Positions 53,920 to 64,000 of a stretch of DNA of 64,000 nucleotides are shown in pieces. The notes beneath the pieces are model-generated. The model searched no databases and was not told the origin of the DNA. It was given only the letters and a program-made list of their open reading frames with translations. Each line of letters opens with the position of its first letter. Position 1 is the first letter of the stretch. The stretch spans positions 1,536,001 to 1,600,000 of the forward strand of contig CAWDSK010000003.1 in assembly GCA_963804995.1 (NCBI GenBank), given 5' to 3'. Source of the stretch: an uncultured Acidobacteriota bacterium. GTDB taxonomy: Bacteria; Acidobacteriota; Terriglobia; UBA7540. Made by a program: the position numbers and the translations under genes.

Positions 53920-54326
53920 TACTCTCCGTAATAATCCACAAACAAATCGGCGGTCTCGTACACTCGGATTCGATGCAGCTCGCCGTGCGCAAGTTTCGGG
54001 GCCAGCAGGTTCCAAATCTCAACCGCGATGTTTTCCGTGGTGGGATTCTTACTTGCGAAGGCCGGAACCTCTTTGTTCAGGAATTTGTGATCCATCAGTT
54101 GGATCACCTCTTGTTCCAACAACGCCTTCAATTCCTTCAGGTCCATTACCATGCCCGTGGTGGGGTTGATCGAACCGCCCACCGTCGCTTCCACCGTGTA
54201 GTTGTGGCCGTGGCCCAGGGGATTGTTGCATTTACCGAAAATCCGCTGGTTCTCTTCCGCGCTGAAATCCGGATTGTGATAGTAATGCGAGGCTGAAAAC
54301 TCCGCCCGCCGGGTTACGTAGATCAT
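53919..54326 (-). CDS. 6-pyruvoyl-tetrahydropterin synthase family (copy 1)
   Basis: FSASH, GKCNNPLGHGHNY, PTTENI, VYET; ATGA overlap with the GT2 gene. Confidence 0.92.
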   Translation of the reverse strand: MIYVTRRAEFSASHYYHNPDFSAEENQRIFGKCNNPLGHGHNYTVEATVGGSINPTTGMVMDLKELKALLEQEVIQLMDHKFLNKEVPAFASKNPTTENIAVEIWNLLAPKLAHGELHRIRVYETADLFVDYYGE

Positions 54327-55384
54327 CCCTTTCCTTTCGTTGCGTAATAACGCCCCTTCCATTCGATGCGTCCCGTCGCACGGTGGGCGCGCAGGGAATT
54401 CAACAGCAACATGCCTACGAGCAAGGATCCGATCGCCTGATAACTCGCCAGGGCAGGATTAAACCCCAGGCCCGCCAGCGTATGGCCGTACTTCCACTGG
54501 CGCGCGAGCGTCAGCAGAAAGCAAACAAGAGCAGCAACCGTTGCGCTGACGCCACCCTGGCCAATGGCCACCCACAGACACGCGGCGATAAAGACCAACG
54601 CAGGCAGCACATCCAGCAACCAGAGGGACATCACGGTGCGCAACATGCGTCCAACATTCCCCCCGTAGAGGAGGTAAAGATTCTTGCTCCAGCCACGCCA
54701 CATGTCATCAAAGGTGCGGTACATGCGGGTGCGCACCCAGCGCGCGCCCGGCAGAAAGATCAGCCTGCCGCCCATCGATTTGATTCTGCGTGCCAGCTCA
54801 ACGTCTTCGAGGATCGCCGACTTCACCGCCGCGTGCCCGCCGCTCCGCTCGTAGATTTCCCGGCGGACCAGCAGATATTGCCCATTGGCTGCGGCCGCAG
54901 GCGATTTCGGGTCCGAGACGTCCTCAAACTGAAACAGACGTGAGAGCTTCACGTACACAGCCGGGATAACTGCTTTCTCCCACCAAGTAGGCGTCTCCTG
55001 CCCCGGTGAAATCGAAAGCAGATCGGCATGTTCGCCCTCGGCGCGCTCTACCAGATCCGCCAAGCTGCCCGGAAGGTGCACGGTATCAGCGTCCGTGAAG
55101 AGCAGCCACTCCCCTGTTGCGGCACGCGCGCCCTCTGCCACCGCGTGAGTCTTCCCCAACCAGCCTTCGGGCAACGACTCCACGCGTAACGCACGCAGGT
55201 AAGGTATCTCGCTCGCCAGCTCAGCTAGAATTTCCGGAGTACGGTCCTGAGATTGGTCGTCCACGACCAGGATTTCCAGAATGCTCTGTTGCGCGGCAAG
55301 TGATCTCACCACGCGCGCGATATTGGCCTCTTCGTTGCGGGCCGGAATGATGACCGAAACCTGTGCCTCGAGGCGCGCGCTCAT
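54323..55384 (-). CDS. GT2 glycosyltransferase with C-terminal TM helices
   Basis: IIPARNEE, GWLGK, FTDAD, ANGQY, EDVELAR, WRGWSKN. Confidence 0.9.
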   Translation of the reverse strand: MSARLEAQVSVIIPARNEEANIARVVRSLAAQQSILEILVVDDQSQDRTPEILAELASEIPYLRALRVESLPEGWLGKTHAVAEGARAATGEWLLFTDADTVHLPGSLADLVERAEGEHADLLSISPGQETPTWWEKAVIPAVYVKLSRLFQFEDVSDPKSPAAAANGQYLLVRREIYERSGGHAAVKSAILEDVELARRIKSMGGRLIFLPGARWVRTRMYRTFDDMWRGWSKNLYLLYGGNVGRMLRTVMSLWLLDVLPALVFIAACLWVAIGQGGVSATVAALVCFLLTLARQWKYGHTLAGLGFNPALASYQAIGSLLVGMLLLNSLRAHRATGRIEWKGRYYATKGKG

Positions 55385-55464
55385 CTGCTTAACCCACGCC
55401 GCCCCTGGCTCGCAAGCCGGGAGCATTCCTTAACCCGCATATGTAGACGCAAATTGCTATTATA

Positions 55465-56019
55465 ATGGACACCCTCGGCATGAGCAAAAGCAATGCCCTC
55501 AAAGTTGCGGTCCTGGCAGTGATTCTGGGCGGAGCGGCCTACCTTGCCGTACGCCAGCGGCAACCACACCCGCTGGCCATTGGCGACAGCGCGCCGGACT
55601 TCACCGTCCCGGCCGTTCCGGGTGGCTTCCTGGATTTGAGCAAATACCATCAGCAAGTTGTGGTCCTGAATTTTTGGGCCACATGGTGCCTGCCTTGCGT
55701 TGAAGAAACGCCCAGCCTGGTGAAATTCGCAGAAGATATGCGGACCCAAGGAGTGACTGTCCTGGGTGTGAGCGTTGATGAAGATCGGACTGCACTAAGA
55801 ACGTTCATGGAGAAGTATGGCATTACCTACACTGTCGGGCTCGATTCGGACCGAGCCTTGGCCGCACGCTTTGGCACCGTCCAATTTCCAGAGACCTACA
55901 TCTTGGATCGTCACGGGCGCGTCGCTGAGAAGTTGATCGGCGCCGTGAACTGGGATGATCCCCGCCTCAGGACCTTTGTTCGAGAGCTGGCCCATGGCTC
56001 CGGAAGCCAAAGCCAGTAA
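55465..56019 (+). CDS. TlpA/ResA-type disulfide reductase
   Basis: N-terminal [17 protein letters not shown]. Confidence 0.92.
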   Translation: MDTLGMSKSNALKVAVLAVILGGAAYLAVRQRQPHPLAIGDSAPDFTVPAVPGGFLDLSKYHQQVVVLNFWATWCLPCVEETPSLVKFAEDMRTQGVTVLGVSVDEDRTALRTFMEKYGITYTVGLDSDRALAARFGTVQFPETYILDRHGRVAEKLIGAVNWDDPRLRTFVRELAHGSGSQSQ

Positions 56020-56044
56020 CCCCTCCCTTACAACCCCACGGTTT

Positions 56045-56266
56045 TCAGGAATTAAGCCCCGGCACGGTCCCGGAATTCATAGCGTCCATCACAATTCGCC
56101 ACAAGCTGAGGACCTCGACCACGACCTCTTCCTCTGGCACGTTAACCCTGGCCTGCCGGTTGAAAAGTTTGGCTTGATAGATAATCCCCGCCAGGGTCGC
56201 CGCCACCTGGGGATCGCACCTGTCGACTGTTTTCGCCGCTCTCAGACTGGTTGGTTTCTTTGCCAT
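56045..56266 (-). CDS. Small hypothetical protein
   Basis: 73 aa with GAGAGGAG RBS; fills the gap. Confidence 0.5.
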   Translation of the reverse strand: MAKKPTSLRAAKTVDRCDPQVAATLAGIIYQAKLFNRQARVNVPEEEVVVEVLSLWRIVMDAMNSGTVPGLNS

Positions 56267-56386
56267 AAGCTCCTCTCGTCCGTGCAGATCCTCTGCCGGG
56301 ATTCTAGCATAGGCGCGCCGGAGTTCGGCATGCGTCGCTTGTCGCTTATGCAGGGCTGGCATAATATTGAATTGAGGTACGACCAC

Positions 56387-58681
<2,295 letters not shown>

Positions 58682-58695
58682 AGAGGTGAAGACTT

Positions 58696-59001
58696 ATGAC
58701 TTTCCTGAAGACTCACTACACTTTGCAAAGAGACTTGACGCCCAAAGAACTTGATGACCTTTCGCGACTCTCAACGGTATACGGGATTCGCGAGCTTTCC
58801 TTCGAGGGCCAAGACCTGATTGTTGAATACGACGCGTCGCGCATCCACGAAGCGGAAGTGCTGGCGCACCTTCGCAGCACGGGCATTCCCGTCCGTATCC
58901 AGCAGCCCATCCCGCCGGGTGGCTTTGATCACACGGGCGAGTTCCGCGACTTCGCCTGGCCGACGCAAGGACTTTCCCCGGTCAATCAGAAGATCAAATA
59001 A
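58696..59001 (+). CDS. Small hypothetical protein, ferredoxin/HMA-like pattern without CxxC
   Basis: GAGGT RBS; VYGIREL...IVEYDASRI...LRSTGIPV. Confidence 0.6.
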   Translation: MTFLKTHYTLQRDLTPKELDDLSRLSTVYGIRELSFEGQDLIVEYDASRIHEAEVLAHLRSTGIPVRIQQPIPPGGFDHTGEFRDFAWPTQGLSPVNQKIK

Positions 59002-59360
59002 GGTGACCCGGTAGGCCTGACAGTTTGTGCCGCGCAGCTCGCCTCGCGCTTACTGCCTTCTGTCTACTCCGACTCTTTCGGGACTCGTTTAACGCGGCAA
59101 ATCAATTGACGAAAACGCTGGGTGCAAAACGCATGAGTTTGGGAAAACAAGTGGGACCTCGCGCGCTATGGCGCGCGGAGAGCAACAAGTGGGACAGTCC
59201 CACTTGAGGCAAGAGTCGTGGGCCGGCACGCGCCGCGTCGGGGGGCACCCGCTGCCGATCCTGACCTCCGCAATAATGCTTTTACGGTATTGCCCACCCG
59301 AGTACCGGCTGCCATCTGCCGGGCCGCCCTGTCCTTCCCCATCGCGGCAAGCCAGCTCGA

Positions 59361-59747
59361 TTAGAGCACCTTGGCCGCCGCGACGGGATCCTGCACACCC
59401 AGAATCACCGTGGCTTTGCCGGCGCCTTTGTGGATGGTGGCGTAAGCGTACTTCACATCAATCCCGTGATCGGCAAGTTTGCGCGTCAACTTTCCCAGGG
59501 CGCCAGGGCGATCCGAAACGTGCACGGCCAGCACATCTTCTTCCGTGAATTTCAGCCCCATCGCCTCCAGCACTTTCCGCGCCGCTTCGCTGCTATTCAC
59601 GACCAGCCGGATGGGCGCGACCCCGGCCGTCTCCGGAGCCATCAAACCCACGATATTCACGGCTTTTTCCGCAAGTTTGGTACAGATTTCCGCGAGCGCT
59701 CCGCGCTGGTTCTCCACCATCACTGAGAACTGTTTGGTTGCCGTCAC
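59361..59747 (-). CDS. Double ACT-domain protein
   Basis: VENQRGALAEI...VNI and DRPGALGKL...GIDVKYAY; GTG start after GAGGAGGT. Confidence 0.85.
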   Translation of the reverse strand: MTATKQFSVMVENQRGALAEICTKLAEKAVNIVGLMAPETAGVAPIRLVVNSSEAARKVLEAMGLKFTEEDVLAVHVSDRPGALGKLTRKLADHGIDVKYAYATIHKGAGKATVILGVQDPVAAAKVL

Positions 59748-59924
59748 TCCACACCTCCTCACCTTGGGGGCAGCCTGCTTGCGGCCCCGCATAGAAGCGG
59801 CTACGACTTTACGCATAATCACTTCTTCCTGCAACAGGAACTCGACCGGTCCACAGAGCATGTGGCGTAGTACACCGAGCCTCTTGACGCCTGCGGACTG
59901 GTGCGCTAACGTGAGCTTCCCTTT

Positions 59925-61199
59925 ATGGCCACCGATAATAACGCCCACCTCGGCAATCTTCGAATCCTGGAAAGAACGGCGCCCGGCCTTCCCGCGCTCA
60001 GCGATTTGAATCAGCAGGTCGTAAGCGCACTCAACGCGCTGGCGCTGCCTGCGGAGCGACTGCGCGACAAACGCATCGCGGTGGCGGTAGGCAGCCGAGG
60101 TATTGCCCATATCCATATTCTTGCCAAAGCGCTCTGTGACTGGCTGAAGAGCCAGGGGGCGCGGCCCTTCGTTTTTCCTGCCATGGGCAGCCACGGCGGA
60201 GCGACGGCGGAAGGCCAGTGCCACGTGTTGACGGGATATGGCGTCACGCCGGAGTTCCTGGGCGTGGACGTTCAGGCTTCCATGGAAACGGTTCCGTTGG
60301 GTACGACGCTCGAGGGTTTCCGCATCTTCACCGATCGCCGCGCCTGGGAATCGGACGGCATCGTGGTGTTGAACCGTGTGAAACCGCACACGGATTTCTC
60401 CGGGCGGATTGAAAGCGGGCTGCTGAAGATGATCACCGTCGGCATGGGGAAAGCCGAGGGCGCTTTCGAGTGCCATCACTGGAGCTGGAAGTTCGGGTTT
60501 GAAACAGTCATCCGGGCTATTTCGGCAAAAGTCCTGGCGAGTGGGAAAATCCTGGCCGGAGTGGCCGTCGTCGAGAACGAATTCCACGAGGTGGCCGCCG
60601 TGCGTGCCGCTGCCGCACCTGGCATCGTCCGCATGGAAGAGGAGTGTCTTGAAATCGCCCGCCCCCTGGTGGCCCGCATCCCCTTCCCGAAGCTGGACCT
60701 GCTGGTTGTAGACGAACTCGGCAAGAACGTGAGCGGAACCGGAATGGACACGAAGGTTATCGGCCGCGGCGTGGAACTGCGGCCGGGCGACGCCCCGGAG
60801 ATTCGCATGATTTACGTGCGCGATGTCACCACCGAAAGCGCGGGCAACGCGCTGGGCGTGGGCTTGGCGGACGCGATACACGAAAGGCTCTACCGCAAAA
60901 TTGATTTGCAAAAGATGTACGCCAACGCCCGCACCTCGATGAACCCTCCCATGCCGCGCATTCCCATGGTTTGGCCCGCGGATCAAGGGGCGTTAGGCTG
61001 GCTGCTGGGGGCGCTGGGAAGCCCCGCCCCGGCGGAGCAGCGCGTGGCGTGGATTCGCAACACTTTAAATCTCAACCGCATTGCAATTTCGGAACCCCTG
61101 GCGCGCGAAGCCTCTGCTCTTAGTGGCTGGCGACTGCTGCCGGACTCCGTCGCGCCAAGCTTCGATAGCGAAGGCAATCTCACCTCTTCCCCGGTTTAG
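59925..61199 (+). CDS. Lactate-racemase-domain (LarA-like) protein
   Basis: GSRGIA, PAMGSHGGAT, NRVKPHTDF, ESGLLKM, GKNVSGTGMD. Confidence 0.8.
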   Translation: MATDNNAHLGNLRILERTAPGLPALSDLNQQVVSALNALALPAERLRDKRIAVAVGSRGIAHIHILAKALCDWLKSQGARPFVFPAMGSHGGATAEGQCHVLTGYGVTPEFLGVDVQASMETVPLGTTLEGFRIFTDRRAWESDGIVVLNRVKPHTDFSGRIESGLLKMITVGMGKAEGAFECHHWSWKFGFETVIRAISAKVLASGKILAGVAVVENEFHEVAAVRAAAAPGIVRMEEECLEIARPLVARIPFPKLDLLVVDELGKNVSGTGMDTKVIGRGVELRPGDAPEIRMIYVRDVTTESAGNALGVGLADAIHERLYRKIDLQKMYANARTSMNPPMPRIPMVWPADQGALGWLLGALGSPAPAEQRVAWIRNTLNLNRIAISEPLAREASALSGWRLLPDSVAPSFDSEGNLTSSPV

Positions 61200-61262
61200 G
61201 TTCTCGTTAACTTGAGCGCTTGGGTAATGTCTCAGTTTGAATTTTGTCCGGGCTGGACAACG

Positions 61263-61481
61263 ATGAAAAAGGCTTGGCGTGCGATAATCGAGGCAGGTTT
61301 CATAATATTCCTGTTTTACTCCAATCTTTTGATGGGGGAATTTGGCCATTCAGGTATGGGGCGGAAAATGGGCCTGATTTGGGCTATCGGAGATATTTTT
61401 ACCACGGAGAATTTTGTAATTGCTGTGATGGCCGCGCTCATCGGGTACATCCTGGTCGAGTTTCTTCGGGAAAAACTCTAA
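61263..61481 (+). CDS. Small membrane protein, AT-rich
   Basis: Two hydrophobic segments, FIIFLFYSNLLMGEF. Confidence 0.65.
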   Translation: MKKAWRAIIEAGFIIFLFYSNLLMGEFGHSGMGRKMGLIWAIGDIFTTENFVIAVMAALIGYILVEFLREKL

Positions 61482-61540
61482 GATAGAGATTCAAACTGAG
61501 ACACCAGCAGCGCTTGAGGGGCAGGTCCGTTTGGTCCCAA

Positions 61541-61590
61541 CGTAGCGGCGAGTTTACCTCGCCATATGGCGAGGTGAACTCGCCGCTACG
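61541..61590. repeat. REP family A doublet, 50-bp palindrome
   Basis: CGTAGCGGCGAGTTTACCTCGCCAT/ATGGCGAGGTGAACTCGCCGCTACG, 1 mismatch. Confidence 0.9.
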
Positions 61591-61714
61591 ACTTCAACTT
61601 GACCCACTACCAGCACTTAAGAGGAATTGCGGACAACCTCGCGGCGTGATATTTTCACGTAGGGGTGACCGCAGGGCTCCCCAGTCGAAGTGAATCCGCT
61701 GGCATAACGAGGAT

Positions 61715-62757
61715 TTGATGAAGCGAATTCTGATAGGTGTTCTCACCCTCCTGCTCACCACCACGCATCTGCCTTCCCTGTTTCCAACTGAAATCGCCAA
61801 ACCCACCGTCGATCTTTCCATCTACGGGCACGTCGGCTGGGTCATGTGGGTGGTAAGAGACCTTGACCCCGTTCTGAACTATTGGGAAAAGTTGGGACTG
61901 AAGATTACCCGGCGGCCCGAGACCCGAGAAATTGCCGGCCTGGTTTACCGGAGCAAGCCGTCTCCCACCAAAGCCAAGGCGGCCTTCACCCAAATCGGGG
62001 GAGTGACGCTCGAATGGCTCCAACCTGTTTCCGGAACAAACCTGTACACCGAGTTTCTGGGGCGGCACGGCGATGGAATTCTGGCCCTGGGCTATGCCGT
62101 CAAGAGCGAGGATGAACTTGCGGCGCAGGTTGAATACTTCCGCTCCCGAGGCGTGGAGTTGTTGCAAAGCACCGAGTGGAAAGCCACCCAAGGAACCGGC
62201 CATCGGGCTTATCTGGACACGGCGGGAAATGGTGGCGGGCAAACCATCGCGCTTTATTACGACCCGGACGGCCCCGCTCCCGCCGCAGGGGACTCCGAAA
62301 GGAACGGTGAGCCTTTTAATCGGATCGTCCAGTACGCTTTCGTTGTCCATGACGTAGAAAAGCCGGGGGCTACTGGCAAAGCTTGGGTTTCGGCGGCATG
62401 CCGGTGGAACACAATCTCAGCGTCAACCGCGCCTATCGCGACCAGCCGGGAAAATTCGAAATGGATCTGGGCTGGGGCCGATTTGGGGACGTGGTATTCG
62501 AGTGGATCCAACCCACCCAGGGGCCCAATGTTTATGAAGAATACCTCAACGATCACGGCGAAGGGCTCCACCACCTGGCGTTCAATGTACCCGATATGGA
62601 CGCTGCGGTGACATCGCTGGAGGCCAAGGGCGCTCCCTGCTCCATGTCGGGAGGTTGGGATACACCCACCAGCAAGGGCCGGTTCGCCTACCTCGATACG
62701 GATTCGCATGGCGGCGTTACCATCGAACTGTTGTGGAACCAGCCCCGGGCGAAGTGA
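61715..62757 (+). CDS. Secreted double VOC/glyoxalase-domain protein; missing A near 62360
   Basis: Two similar halves (LEWLQPV...YTEFL..HGDG...AYLDT and FEWIQPT...YEEYL..HGEG...AYLDT) in different frames. Confidence 0.8.
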
Positions 62758-62837
62758 GTGCCGGGAACCTGAATGCCAGCATCTTGTCGCGGAGGTTCAT
62801 TCGGGGGGGTGGTAGTGTGCTGAAATCCCTTGAAGCG

Positions 62838-63383
62838 TTAGGAGCGTTTGATGCCCCTCTTTTCGCCTGGCTTTGTTGGCTTATCAGGAACCGTGTACAA
62901 ATTAACTTCAACTCCCGCTTCCGCAAGCATTTCATGCGCAATCTTTCCCACCCTGTACCACTTGGATTCTTTTCCAATAGTTTCGGGGTCTGGCGCTACA
63001 ACTCTTTTGACACGAGCTTGAATGATCGACCCCGCACACGCTGCACACACGGGTTTTCCCCAGACATAGATGGTTGAGCCTGCTGTCCGCGAACCGGCGG
63101 CGATAAGCGCATTTTGCTCCGCGTGAACGACTAACTGTAGCTTCAATTTCTGATTCTGGAGTCGTTCCGCAGAGTCTTCGACGCCCATCGGGAACCCATT
63201 GTATCCGATTGATACGTCGCCACCTCGCTTGGAGAAGACAACCGCTCCAACCTTTGCGTTCGGGTCCTTGGACCATTCGGAAACAAACCGTGCGAGTTCA
63301 CAAAATCGGGTATCCCACTTACCCATTAGTCTAGATTGTAAAAGCAGCTTCAACGTTTCTGGCGGGTTACGCCGCTTGGTCAT
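62838..63383 (-). CDS. dCMP-deaminase-family protein
   Basis: SKDPNAKVGAV, GYNGFP, HAEQNA, PVCAAC. Confidence 0.88.
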   Translation of the reverse strand: MTKRRNPPETLKLLLQSRLMGKWDTRFCELARFVSEWSKDPNAKVGAVVFSKRGGDVSIGYNGFPMGVEDSAERLQNQKLKLQLVVHAEQNALIAAGSRTAGSTIYVWGKPVCAACAGSIIQARVKRVVAPDPETIGKESKWYRVGKIAHEMLAEAGVEVNLYTVPDKPTKPGEKRGIKRS

Positions 63384-63399
63384 GTGCCGACTGTCCCTC

Positions 63400-63535
63400 T
63401 CGTCGCGGATCCTCGACGCTCCAAATATGATAAGAGATTCCCGCTTGCATCGCGGGCGTCGCACGCAAACTCATATGGACGCGACAGAAATTATACCAAC
63501 CTGCATACATGGCGACAGCAGCCTTCAGGTGGGCT
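63400..63535 (-). mobile_element. IS1-family transposase C-terminal remnant
   Basis: HLKAAVAMYAGWYNFCRVHMSLRATPAMQAGISYHIWSVE resembles the YNFCRxH...TPAMxAG...W tail of these transposases. Confidence 0.65.
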
Positions 63536-63561
63536 TGCGCAGGGCGAGCCTGCCTCATGGT

Positions 63562-64000
63562 TCAGTCAGCATAGATTCCGCCAAAACTCTTCAATATAAG
63601 CCTAATTCTTTCGAGAGGGACGACCTTATCTTTTATGGGTATCCCGAGATAAATCAAGGGGTTGACAGGGGAGCTTCTTCCCACCGTCAGAATATAGGCC
63701 GTTTTATAGTGGGCGTTGGCGAACGTGGGCCGATATGCAATGCAAACGATCAACGTAAAACTGATCTCAGCCGGGATGGCCGCACCTGGATAATGTTCTG
63801 GAATCCAGTTCTCAGCCTGGCGGATATTTTCCCAACTGACACCGAGACTAACATTTTGCGGCGTCACTATTCCCGGAAACACAGTGTCGGAGAATTTCGG
63901 GTTTTTGATCTCTGCCATTTGGACCTCACGACAGAACCGTTCCCGTTCTGCAATCGGCTCTTTCCCGCTAGGCTCTGCGAAAACCTCCTCATCCTTCCAG
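63562..64000 (-). CDS. Hypothetical protein, 5' end outside window
   Basis: Frame is open to the window edge; AT-rich; no recognised motif. Confidence 0.6.
   Translation of the reverse strand, partial: WKDEEVFAEPSGKEPIAERERFCREVQMAEIKNPKFSDTVFPGIVTPQNVSLGVSWENIRQAENWIPEHYPGAAIPAEISFTLIVCIAYRPTFANAHYKTAYILTVGRSSPVNPLIYLGIPIKDKVVPLERIRLILKSFGGIYAD

Noticed and set aside
53473..54326. queD symbol / queuosine operon
   Set aside because: The motif is CX5HGH, and no queC/E/F genes are adjacent.
59748..60986. N-terminal extension of the 541-aa minus-strand ORF
   Set aside because: Antisense to the LarA-like gene; only the ACT portion has its own RBS and motifs.

Overview
GC-rich bacterial chromosome segment. 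Gene content (Acidobacteria-type TonB-dependent receptor, ADOP/MacB-type permeases, Tat-exported Gfo/Idh/MocA enzymes, PilZ and STAS proteins) suggests Acidobacteriota, probably Terriglobia; this is inferred, not searched. Core genes: acnA/icd/mdh, hemH-hemY, rpsO-pnp, folE, ppk2, kdpDE-like, copA. I saw no rRNA, tRNA, CRISPR array or intact transposase/integrase. Intergenic DNA is dense in dispersed repeats: several GTAG-type REP/REPIN families, a CCCCTCACCC hairpin family, short tandem repeats and a small hairpin nested inside other repeats. Most notable observations: (1) a 43.1-48.4 kb hotspot downstream of pnp in which an AT-rich PD-(D/E)XK nuclease gene is bracketed by direct copies of one REP family; (2) an AT-rich array of 8 phased 31-bp motifs (GCCACGATGTT-N3-GAWAA...GTTA) at 47.0-47.8 kb; (3) a co-oriented GT2-PTPS-PTPS-folE-SDR cluster resembling a tetrahydrobiopterin(-glycoside) pathway; (4) a 44-codon galactonate-dehydratase-like remnant that keeps only both termini; (5) an amidohydrolase pair whose second member has lost its metal/catalytic residues. 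Six single-base frameshifts, three in A-runs, suggest long-read assembly errors. All family assignments come from motif recognition by eye.
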